From the NCBI GenBank assembly GCA_964188305.1, contig OZ076903.1: a stretch of 64,000 bases of DNA; one strand, given 5' to 3'. The number at the start of each line of letters is the position of its first letter. The stretch's first letter is position 1. Source of the stretch: Podarcis bocagei (taxonomy: Eukaryota). This document shows, in pieces, positions 52,810 to 63,779 of this stretch. The notes under the pieces were generated by a model. The model was not told the DNA's origin, did not search any database, and saw only the letters and a list, made by a program, of their open reading frames with translations. Position numbers and translations under genes: made by a program.

Positions 52810-54179
52810 GGCAGAACAATAAGCACTGTGTCCCCAGAAACTGGACCCTGGCATGCCAGGAGTATCCATAACCGTGAGGTGCCAGGCCACATGCTCTCAG
52901 TCCAATGATGTTTGTGGTGTGCCTATAATGCACCTGCTTTTGCCACACTGCTTTTGCCACATCTGACCCACAGCAACCTACCTATCAGTCTGCAGGGGAG
53001 GAGATGGATAATCTGCCCCTTCTGGGCCAGAAATGGTCCCATTTCTATTGCAATAGCAGGCAGCCCCAGACTCATCACCTTGGTTGGGTGCTATGTCCCT
53101 TCCCTACCGCTGCTCAGAGTAGAGAGAAGAAGACCTTTGGTTCCTCTGTCCAAAATAGATGCTGCATGGGCAAAGTGGCTTATGTCACCTCATTAACGTG
53201 AATGTTCTGTTCTGAATGCTCAACTGAGGCATCAGGCATAAGCCTGCATTTTATTAATGTTTGATCAGGACTTGTATATTAAAGAGAGAGCTTAGATTTT
53301 CAAAAGTTTCATGCCAGGCAAGAAGGCTAGCTGCTTAAGAAAACACTGGCAATGTTTTTCCTCCTAGACAAGGGGCCCCTTTTGATTGATAGCAGAAGAC
53401 AATTCTCAAAGTCGTAAAAGCTGAAATTACAGACTGAGTAAGGACACTGACCCTACATGTTACAGAAGATAACAAAGGCAGAGATAAATATAATTAGGAA
53501 TGAGTAAATAGTAAAATAACGCCAATGTGCCTCCCAGAAAAATGAGCCAGATCTTCTTTCTAAGGTTAAAGACCAAATGGAGAAGCATCTAGCTGGCAGA
53601 AAGAGAGGCTTTTTGGGAAGTCTTTTTAAAGCATTTTTGGGAAGTCTTTTTAAAGCTGAACTGAGAGAGTTTGAGGGCAATAAATGTTGGGAAGAGCTAA
53701 TGGAAACAAAGCAACTGGCTGGAGAAGGGGGGGAAGATGTAAACTAAAGAGGTTTCTTCTGAAACTGTTTTATACTGAGTTCCCTTTTCTACTTTACAAA
53801 GACCTTATTCCTTTTAAGAGGCTACCTGTGTTGTGTATTAAATATATTGTCTTAAATATAATTATGCAAAGGATTTAGAAATGCTAGATTCTTATTTCAT
53901 ATAGTTGTAAAGAGTTGTATTTATCCTGGAATTAAGTCAGACACCAGCCCAGCCCTCTTGCTAGACAAAGAGACGCCATCCAAGCTGTCCTGATATATGG
54001 CTGTCAGGCATTTGTTTAGAAACCTTCAAATGAAGGAGATCTTTCAATGTTGATGTGAAACTCAAGATCCTTGACATATGTTTAAGATAAAAATTTAAGA
54101 TTAACCATTTGTTTTAGAAGGCAATAGGGCAAGGAGGGCAAGAGGTGAGCTGGTAATTAAGATTCCTTGTTGAGACACA

Positions 54180-54537
54180 TGTAAGATATATTACTGCTTA
54201 TTTGTCATTTATAGATGTAACAATATATAGCTCTTTGTGTTCCTTATAAGGACAGGAGGATATGGGTGTATCTTTTAGGATTGGATATAGCAATCAGCCA
54301 ATAGGAAATCCAACCAGGCTGATTGGACAGAGGCAGCCACAGGAGGAGCAAAGGGGGCTGGATTAAGGGGATATAAGTGCTGGCCATAATGGCAGGAGGC
54401 CAGGCCAGAGCTTGGTAACCATATACCACTGTGCCTCTCATTTATTTGTCTGACAAATAAATAATTATTTTAATTTCTCTATTGCTGCGTTGAATATTTC
54501 ATTCCAGCTAAGCGTTAACCACAAGCAGGGTGCTACA
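54180..54537 (+). mobile_element. Probable solo LTR
   Basis: TGTA..TACA ends; CCAAT/ATTGG boxes, GATATAAG TATA and AATAAA in LTR order; TSD unclear. Confidence 0.55.
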
Positions 54538-54619
54538 CAACCATTTTGTTTTCCAGGTCAAAAATACTGTTTGGGGGTAGCAGATAACTTCAAACGTTAA
54601 TCTGCTCTTCATTTAAAAG

Positions 54620-55468
54620 TGTTTACTGCCATTGCTTCTCCCTGTTTTTTTTTAAGTTCAGTCCCGTCCCACCACCCAGTTAATATTTCAGTAAATGGGA
54701 TCCTCCTATTAGAGGGTCCTGGTTGCGCGCAGGCCCCTGGGACTTTCCCCCATAGGGGTTAGTTGGTGGGAGAGTAGCTAAAAGCCCTGGTCATAGCCCT
54801 TGGATCACGCCAGGCTGTTTAGCCAATCCCCAGAGGGTGGCGTGATCCCAGGGGCTTAAAAGGCGGCAGTGTGACGCAAGTAGGGGCACTTGCATCGTGC
54901 TGCCGAACACACACCCCTCCTTAGAATTAGGTAGTTTCATCTTTTGTCTTTGCTTTGGTTTGGGTCACCTGTTTTGGAACAGGGGCAGGGTAGGAATTTT
55001 TTCCATTTGGCAAATTGACTCTAGCCACTTGGTTTTTGCCTACCCCTTAGCAATCGTCACAACTTGTAAGGTGGCGGTTAGGCATTGGCTCAGTTGGATT
55101 GTGGGGAGGGGAGGTGCGGCCATCACCTGCCCCTCCAGGAACTGGGTATTCCATTAAAGGAATCTGGGGGTCTTGGATCTCGTCTGAAGCCCACTTGAGA
55201 GGCTAGGGCCATGCCAGGACCACAGGAACCCTGGGGTGAGCTTCGGTTGGTCCGCATCGACGTTGCTCCCTTGTTTGGTTTACCCCATTGGACTATCACC
55301 CAGAGAGGTGGAGTCAGTTATAGTCGGAAGTCAATGCGTAAGCCAATACCGCTCACGTGATTGTAATTCAATAAAGTTGTGACCAAAATTTGCCCCGAAA
55401 CTTAAACTAAAATATGTGTCCGGGTGAAGTTATTTTTGGGGGGTGGGGCCTGGGGGCCTTGAGGCACA
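54620..55468 (+). mobile_element. LTR-like structured terminal repeat, copy C
   Basis: CCAAT near 54824; TTAAAAGG TATA-like near 54866; blocks shared with copy A; AATAAA 55370-55375; flanks AAAG/AATG (imperfect). Confidence 0.75.
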
Positions 55469-55976
55469 AATGTGTTGGCATTATATAACAGGACACAGCA
55501 TACATGCTCTCCACCACCCTTAGAAAACCTCTTAATTCCTAGTTTATTTTATTCTTTGGTAGATTTACAAAAAAAATAGAAAAAATAGAAAGGGGCAAGA
55601 TTAGAGACGGATACACAAAGGATTAAGAAAACAGAGACTCCTTGCACTCCTCTCCCAGGGCGGTCCTGCCCTCTGCCTGCACCTCAGAGCTAGAGCGTCA
55701 CACTAAGTTGGGTCTTGGCAGTCCCAACCTCTCCTCCTCCTCATCTGCCCTCCAGCAGCCACTGCAAGCTGCCCAAGGGAGGAGGCTGCCAGCAGCAGCC
55801 GTGGGAAAGCAACAGGATGCTTCCTCTGTGCCATTGCACTGGCTCATCCTCCTTCCCGAGCTTAGCAGCTGAGGAGCTGCTGGCAGGGAAAATCAGAAGC
55901 CAGAATAGCTTTAGGAATTCCAGACCTGTCCCAGGAAAATAGGGATAATTGGAGGGTATGTAACCCCAAAGCTAAG

Positions 55977-56322
55977 GCTGAAGGAGCGTCTCCACCCCCA
56001 TCGTTCTACCCGGACACTGAGGTCCAGCACTGAGGGCCTTCTGGCTGTTCCCTCATTGCAAGAAGCCAAGTTACAGGGAACCAGGCAGAGGGCCTTCTCT
56101 ATAGTGGCACCCGCCCTGTGGAACGCCCTCCCACCAGATGTCAAAGAGAACAACAACTACCAGACTTTTAGAAGACATCTGAAGGCAGCCCTGTTTAGGG
56201 AAGCTTTTAATGTTTGATGTATTACTGTATTTTAATATTTTTTTGGAAGCCGCCCAGAGTGGCTGGGGAAGCCCAGCCAGATGGGCGGGGTATAAATAAT
56301 AAATTATTATTATTATATTATT
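55977..56322 (+). mobile_element. L2 LINE 3' fragment, young
   Basis: Encodes RAFSIVAPALWNALP; terminal hairpin GGCTGGGGAAGCCCAGCC; (ATT)n tail. Confidence 0.88.
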
Positions 56323-57835
56323 ACAGCTTAGTCAGATAAAGAGCAGTGCTTCTCAGACTGATCATGTTGCTAAATCTCACCATGAATAGTTATTACTGAG
56401 TGCAGATGAAGCCTATTTGGAGTCAAGAGACAAGACTTTTCTGAATAGGGAAACACGTTGGTTTGCCTTTCAACACCAGCAAGAATTTTTGAGTGGAAAA
56501 AACTCCATTTCAGCTCACCCCTAGTGGAATACAGTCAGTGTCTCTCATGATAGCAACATCATTATCTATTAGAACAAAGATGACAAGTTATTTTTAATTT
56601 GCCATTAATCTTATATCCTCCACAATTCTGAATAGTGGCATTTCATTTAATTAGCATGCTCGTTATAAATATTTGTCACAGTGCTTCAGTTGATACAAGT
56701 TGTCTAACATCGAGTGTACAGATGGCAGAGTACCAGTGTCTCTGGTCTCAAAGGAACTATTTGACCACTGCAGTAAAAGAGCAATAAACAAAATCACAAC
56801 ATTTCAGCCCACTCCAGTTTATGTAGGCAGTCAGGGCTTTTTGTTTGCTTGCCTTTATAGCTGTAAAACCTTGAAATGGATGTATGGGACTTTGCGCTAA
56901 AAAGCAAAGAGGTGTTTACAGCTTCTAGATAGCCCACCAGCTTGGATTGTCAGGAAGAGAGTAATGGAGAGGAAAATATTTTCTCTTGTTTTACGGACAA
57001 ACACCTTATAAACTTCAAAAGACAACTTATCACATATCCATTCACTCTGCCACAGATTACTGGCATAATGTTGAATACTGAATTTCAGCTAAGGGGTACA
57101 ATGGAGGTGGGAGGAGGACAAAGGAGAGGTGTGAAAAGAACATACTGTTCTGGACTCTCAGTTGCTTCGCAGTGATTATTCCTAGATTTCTGTATAGGAA
57201 ATCTATTTTAACTACCTCCTCAGCCAATACTACATGTTAAATATTTCATGTCTTCTGTCTAAATTATTAGAAAAACCTCAAGTGTAGGCTGCATTCTACT
57301 CTGTTTGGATTCTGTCCATTTATTTGTTCACTGATTTATGCATTGTAAACTACACATCGTTTATTATAATTAGAATTATCATTTTAAAATTTAGGAACAT
57401 ACCACAGTAAGAGGCTTCAGGAAAATCTATCATGCTTCTCATGATAGGAGTAAGTCAAGTGAAAACAAAGTCAAGTAGAATTAAATACTTGGAAGTCATC
57501 ACTATCCTATCTCTCTGCTATTCAGCTGAAGTTGCAAGCATGGGAAGAGTTTGAAAGCAGCAGAATTTGCTCCTTTTTCTTCAACATGTCATATCAGTTT
57601 GGAGTGCATTACTTTGCTGTTCAAAACCCAAAGGTGAGTTATGCACCCCTAAGCCTATTGATTTTAATAGACACAAGAGCTTTTAACGCTGTTGGAATGT
57701 AGCCTCTGAAGTACATTATATTACAAAGAAATTGTATACAAAACGGCATATATTGCTGTACCCAGATCAATACAAAAGTGCTCTTTTTTTCAAATGCTCA
57801 TTTGCCACCATTACCTTCCTCTCTTTGCACAAGAC

Positions 57836-58219
57836 CAGGGGTTAGCAAACTTTTTCAGCAGGGGGCCAGTCCACTGTCCCTCAGACCTTGTGGGGGGCCG
57901 GACTATATTTTTTTTTGGGGGGGGCAGTGGCATAGCGTGGGTTGTCAGCACCTGGGGCAAGGCAAGTAATTTGCGCCCCTAACCCCTGGATTTGCGCCCC
58001 CTAACCCCCAGATGTTGCGCCCGGTGCGGCCCGCCCCCCTGCACCCCCCACGCTACGCCACTGTGGGGGGGGGGTGAATGAATTCCTATGCCCCACAAAT
58101 AACCCAGAGATGCATTTTAAATAAAAGCACATATACTACTTATGTGAAAACACGCTGATTCCCGGACCGTCCGGGATTGGGCCGGAATTGGACCCCAGGC
58201 CTTATTTTGCCTACCCATG
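57836..58219. mobile_element. hAT MITE hosting a nested MITE
   Basis: CAGGGGTTAGCAAAC...TTTGCCTACCCATG; TSD CACAAGAC/CACAATAC (7 of 8). Confidence 0.85.
57925..58063. mobile_element. Second copy of the TTAGGG-containing hAT MITE, inverted relative to 52663-52809
   Basis: CAGTGGCATAGCGTGGG...CCCACGCTACGCCACTG; T(G)n duplicated at both flanks. Confidence 0.9.
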
Positions 58220-58699
58220 CACAATACAGTGGAAGGAAGAAGAGGCTTTCTTAGGACCCAAAAAAAATCTTTTCCCACCATGGACAGTCCCAGAATTCCC
58301 AAGAGCAAACTAACACAATGCCCATCATTTGCACTAGAGCCAAGGCTGTGTGCCCTACTCCAAGATAAGTCAATATGTCCTTTTGCAAGTGCTCACACTG
58401 AAAACGCACCCAAAGTTCAAGCCTTAGCAACTGTTCGAGTTATATCTAATGTTATTCATATTCAGAATAACTAGTTTAGAGCCATTAATTTCAATATGCC
58501 TATTCTGAGTAGAATTCAGTTGAATTGCAGCCAGATTGCACACTTCAAATTTTGCAAAAAGTGCACACATAAATATTGCTTGCCATAAAAGATACGTGCA
58601 ACATATGTATTTCACAAATGAGTACTATGAAAAACATGGAAAAGTTCGTATTTTACATTTAGAGCACATACAAAGTGCATGCAATTTTAATGCAGACAG

Positions 58700-59115
58700 C
58701 TCCAAGTGGGTATAACAGGTTGGCTTCAAAGGCACCCCTTACGCTGTCAGCAGGTCCCACAGCTCGGAAAGCAAGTCTCAAAACTACAATCTTAAAAGGT
58801 CCCTAAGGGTGCCGACTAAATCTTAACTGGTACTGAATAACGTACCTGCTGATTTGACCAGTTAACCAATTTAAAAGCAATCACCTGCAAAAACACCTGC
58901 AACAAAAGCAATCCTGTACAGAGTAGGTGAAAAGCAACTAGGCAGTAAGGCCAATCAGCCGACAGGGGGAGAAATCCTACTTAGCACCCCAAAAGGAAGA
59001 TCAGCAAATGCCCAGGCAGGAGGGTGGGTGCTGCAAAAAACCCCACAGAAAGCTGGGGAAAAGGCTGAGCAGACTTAAACAACCCAACACCCAGTTCTGT
59101 CCCAAACACCAGCAC
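58700..59115 (-). mobile_element. Degenerate partial copy D of the structured LTR-like repeat
   Basis: Minus-strand CACCCACCC; AGTAGG..CCTACT stem with U-rich flanks; GGCACCCTTA/TAAGGGTGCC long-range stem; AAGCCAA. Confidence 0.45.
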
Positions 59116-59131
59116 AGCATTCAAAAGGCTA

Positions 59132-59490
59132 TGAAATATACTCGGAGTCGAGAGTGGATTTCATGCTCTTTATTCAGCTCATAGTGGTGAGGAGGAATGA
59201 AAGTTCCCCCAAAGTATCTGCTTTATATACATTATTTACACAATGGGCTGCACCTGAATTCCGGAATTCTCCTGTAGGCCAATCAGGTTGTGGATTCACT
59301 TTCATCTGGAGCTGGATTGGGTGGTTCCTGCAGACCAATCATACTGCTGCATTGCTCTAGGACCAATCAGACTGCTGCATTTTAGATCCTATTGTTCTAG
59401 GACCAATCAGACTGCTGCATTTTGGATCCTATTGTTCTAGGACCAATCAGACAGCTGCATTTTGGATCCTATTCAACTCAGAACATAACA
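59132..59490 (-). mobile_element. Solo LTR with tandem CCAAT repeats
   Basis: Minus strand TGTTATG...TATTTCA; perfect 5-bp TSD GGCTA (59127-59131/59491-59495); TATATAAA and AATAAA on the minus strand. Confidence 0.9.
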
Positions 59491-60421
59491 GGCTAGATGC
59501 CAGGCAATAAATGACAGTGAGATTGTTTTTGCAGAAATAAATTTTGCAGTCGGCAAGGGTGGGAAAAAAGTGTTTACTCTCTTCATTGTTCTCCAAAATG
59601 TTCCACATGCTGACAGTCACTACACTGCTTTAGTGCTTAAAGATTCAGAGCTATAATGTAAAGTGCCTGAACCTAATTTCAGAATGTGACTAGTATGCGT
59701 AAAAAAATATATTTTGCAAAGCAAACATTATTAAATGTGTAGTGATGACTGTTAATGCAGCTGGCCTTCTTTAATGGTTAAAATCTGCTTGCTTTGTATT
59801 ACAACAAGATTTCAATCATACTGTATGAATTACTGGACCCTCATATGTACTTTTAAGTGAATTATTATGCTGCCGTGCTCTTTTCAATACTGAATCAATA
59901 GCAAATATTTCTGCATTAACCCTAGTTAAATCTAGCTGCTGATGTCATGAAAAAAGGCTTTATAAACACAGATGCTTTGTTCTAAGAATAACCTCCTATT
60001 GCCAATCTCTTTTCAGCTCTGTATCATCTTATACTGTATTATAAAACAGCATAAATATTTTATGAGATGACTGAGAGCATCTATTTTACTACTTACCATG
60101 CAGTCATTCCTTAGCTTTAATTGCTGTGTAACAATAAGGGGAGAGTAAACAACATAAATCTCAACTTTTTTAGTTAAAGTGCATTCTATATTAAATCTGT
60201 GTGGTTTGCTAGAAGATGACCCTCATCAGACCAGACATCAGCTCTACATTTAAACAGCAAAAGACAAAAGAAACTTTTCATAATTTAGTGCAGCATTAGC
60301 GCTCCATAGACTTGCATGAGCAGGGAAACCCTTGGGTGTCCAAAAATGATGGGAGGAAATAGATTTTGTGGCAACAAAATCCTTGGTCCTTCTCGCATTT
60401 GTGTATACACAGAGAAATTGC

Positions 60422-61038
60422 AGAATCATAGAATTGTAGCGTTGGAAGGGACCCCAAGGGTCATCTAGTCCAACCCTCTGCAATGCGAGAATCTCAACTA
60501 AAGCATCCAAAACAGGTGGCCACCCAACCTCAACTTCAAAACCTCCAAGGAAGGAGAGGCCACCACCCCCTCAGAGACTCCATTCCACTGTCGAAGAAGA
60601 AGAAGAAGAAGAAGAAGAAGAAGAAGAAGAAGAGGAGGAGGAGGAGTTGTTTGGATTTGATATCCCACTTTATCACTACCCGAAGCAGTCTCAAAGTGGA
60701 TAACATTCACCTTTCCCTTCCTCCCCCACAACAAACACTCTGTGAGGTGAGTGGGGCTGAGAGACTTCAAAGAAGTGTGACTAGCCCAAGGTCACCCAGC
60801 AGCTGCATGTGAAGGAGCGGAGACGCAAACCCGGTTCACCAGATTACGAGTCTACTGCTCTTAACCACTACACCACACTGGTGTCGAACAGCTGTTCCAA
60901 CCAGAAAGTTATCCCTAGTGTTCAGTTGGAATCTCCTTTCTTGTAATGTGAATCCACTGGTGTGGGTCCTACCTTCCAGAGCAGGAGAAAACAAGCTTGC
61001 TCCTTCCTCCATGTAAAAGCCCTTTAGATATCCGAAGA
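60422..61038 (-). mobile_element. CR1 LINE 3' fragment interrupted by a SINE
   Basis: AGAATCATAGAAT tail, GGTCATCTAGTCCAACCC; continues after the SINE TSD. Confidence 0.85.
60596..60881 (-). mobile_element. Squam3-type SINE inserted in CR1
   Basis: 7-bp TSD TGTCGAA (60589-60595/60882-60888); long (CTT)n tail. Confidence 0.9.
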
Positions 61039-62285
61039 CTTGCAGGGTTGGTGACTATACCCGCCCCCACAAAAAAACAACAACAGCTCAGTGGCCTCAG
61101 GTGGGCTATCCCCACACCAGCTGTTTCCAGAGGTGAGGGATTCCCCACTAAGTACATAGAGAAATGGCTCCAAAGACTTGCATAGAAAGAAACAAATTGT
61201 GACCCTCAAATAAAAAAGAAGGGTTGGTGCTCTGTAAGGACCTTCATGTCCCAGATTGCCCACCAGTCATTGTCAGAGTTGCAGTGATTCCCCCTCCCCC
61301 ATTGTAAGTCATTTGAAACATTGGGTAATTCATCTGCATAGTAGAAGACAGCTGTATGCTGGAGCTGTGGGAGGCACTCCAAGCCTTGCATTCATTTCAG
61401 CATTCTCTTACAGATGTTGTGGTGTGATGTGTGTTCTGCAATGGGGGTACAGAGACAACAGAATTGCTCTGTACTGCTGAAATCTTATAACAACGTACAT
61501 GCGAGTATGTCCCATTGAACCCAACAGGATTTCTGAGTAGACATGCATAGATGTGCACAATGAATAAGATGGCAAACAGATCCAAAACTGAGAGACAGTG
61601 GAGCCAAAATTTAACTCTGCTACAGTAGAGATAAATTTCCAAAATCTTGACACAAAAATCCCAGTTCAGATATTTTATTTTATATGTTAAATTAATTAAA
61701 AGCTTGAGGGTACTGCATGGTTCCCTGTTGCACAATGTATTTTAAATATTTGCTCAACCCTGGAAAAGTAGAGCGTGTGTGTGCACATGCAAATATTTCC
61801 CACCTCGTCACCACCATTATATTTTCTCACAGTAAAATGTCCTGCACATGCCTTGGTGTCTACCCGGGGTCTTTATGCTACACAAGCACGACAGCTTCCA
61901 CAGTAACTCGTAACCAATATATTTATTTATGAGCAACAGTTGTCTGAGACTGGTGCACACACCAGGAGATCTGGCATTGTCTGAAACAAAGATTCCAGTG
62001 TGATTTGCGCATCTCCATGGGATACAAATAACCAGCTTATTCAAATAATTCAAATTATCTTCGGGACAACATAAAGCAAATCAGAACTTATCAGTTCACA
62101 GTTGGTTTCCTCCTAACTACTTAATCACACAGTGGAATTGTAAAAGAAATTTCACTTGGACAACTTTAAATATTGGCTTTTAAATAGAAGTATATTCATT
62201 TGAAATACTCTTGAAGAGGAGGGGGGGGGGACCAAGAGAAAGCAACTGGGTTTCTATCCATAAACTGACAGCTTCCTTATATGCA

Positions 62286-62530
62286 GAGCCAACATGGTGT
62301 AGTGGTTAAAAGCGGTGGACTCGTAATCTGGTGAACTGGGTTCGCGTCCCCGCTCCTCCACATGCAGCTGCTGGGTGACCTTGGTCTAGTCACACTTCTC
62401 TGAAGTCTCTCAGCCCCACTCACCTCACAGAGTGTTTGTTGTGGGGGAGGAAGGGAAAGGAGATGTTAGCCGCTTTGAGACTCCTTCGGGTAGTGATAAA
62501 GCGGGATATCAAATCCAAACTCTTCTTCTC
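62286..62530 (+). mobile_element. Squam3-type SINE
   Basis: GAGCCAACATGGTGTAGTGGTTAA A box, GGTTCGCGTCC B box, short (CTT)n tail. Confidence 0.9.
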
Positions 62531-62543
62531 TAAGCAGGGCTGG

Positions 62544-62862
62544 GCAGAGGCGAAGCTACCTGCCCCAGCACCCGGACCGGCGCGGGGGCAAGGCTAGCCA
62601 GTCTGCGGGGGTGGGGCTAGCCTCCTGCATGGCAGGTGTCCCTAGTTGCGTGCCACCCACACGACCAAGTGTTGTTAGTGGTGCCGCTAGCCGCCCATGC
62701 TGCGAATGTTGGGGAGTGCCGCTTGCTGTCTGCGGCAGCATCGTCCCTAGTGGCCCACCCCCCAAGCAGCGAATGTGGGGTGTGTGTGGCACGGCGATGT
62801 CACCCGCCCTCATGGCTAACACACGGTGTGAACCGCAGCCCCCACATCCGCCTTCCTCCCTT
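62544..62862. mobile_element. Degenerate GC-rich hAT MITE related to 20449-20778
   Basis: CAGAGGCGAAG start; TGTCACC..CTCA and CTTCCTCC near the end; CpG-rich. Confidence 0.5.
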
Positions 62863-63779
62863 CCCAACTCACCGGAAAGCTGCTTCCAGTCAGTTCAGAT
62901 ATGAGACTGAGCTGGCTGGACCAATGGTCTGACTCAGTATAAAGGCATATTAGCAGTATTTCAAATTGTTGTTGCTCCGTCCATCATGACTCTGAAGTTC
63001 AGCACCTGAGTCTGACCCAACCCCTGAGGTATAGACAGTGAGATGCCTCTGTTCAACAATAGCTGCAGCAAAACATGGTAATTTTTTTGTTTTTGCTTTA
63101 GGAATATTGCCCATGGCAGCCTTCATATGATCAAATCCAAGATTTCGTTCAGTAGCTGAAGGAAAAGTAGAAGCTCTCTAAATGAAACACAGATTATTCA
63201 TTATAGGACAACATGGTTCAGGGCAGTTGTTTCTACTGACTACTTCGATTCCCTTCTCTTCCCACCTTTCTCTTTGACAGCATGGGCTAGCCAGAGAATA
63301 CTATGCATTAAGATGAGATGGGCAGATGGGGAGAGCAGCCTAGAGTCAGTTTTGAAGGTGGCGAACAGACTAAACAACATAGGGACATCTGAGCTTGGAT
63401 TTCTCAGAAATCAAACATGCCCGGGTCCATTAGTCTCTAATTGCACTGCAAAATCCATACAGATTCAGAGGCCCACAGTCTGGTTGCTTCAACAGTGTTA
63501 CTAAATACTTTTTATTAATTAATTTGTTGTTGTTTTTTATAAAAAAGTATAGCCACCTTTACCTCTGAGTGGCAATTTAAAAATAGGAAAAAATGTGCAT
63601 GATCCAGATTTCTACCCCAAAATATACATGCACTTCAGAGTAGAAGTGCACGAGCACTCAGATAAGTATCATTTGGGCAGAAAGAAGGCAAGAAGGACTG
63701 TGGATAAAAGAAATTATTGCACCGATAAACTTTTCTTCATCTTGCCTCTCTTGCCACTCGTTTACCACTAGAGTCATCT

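Noticed and set aside
59330-59475. 40-bp periodic repeats superficially like a CRISPR array
   Set aside because: The units are tandem with no unique spacers, lie inside a eukaryotic LTR, and have no cas genes nearby
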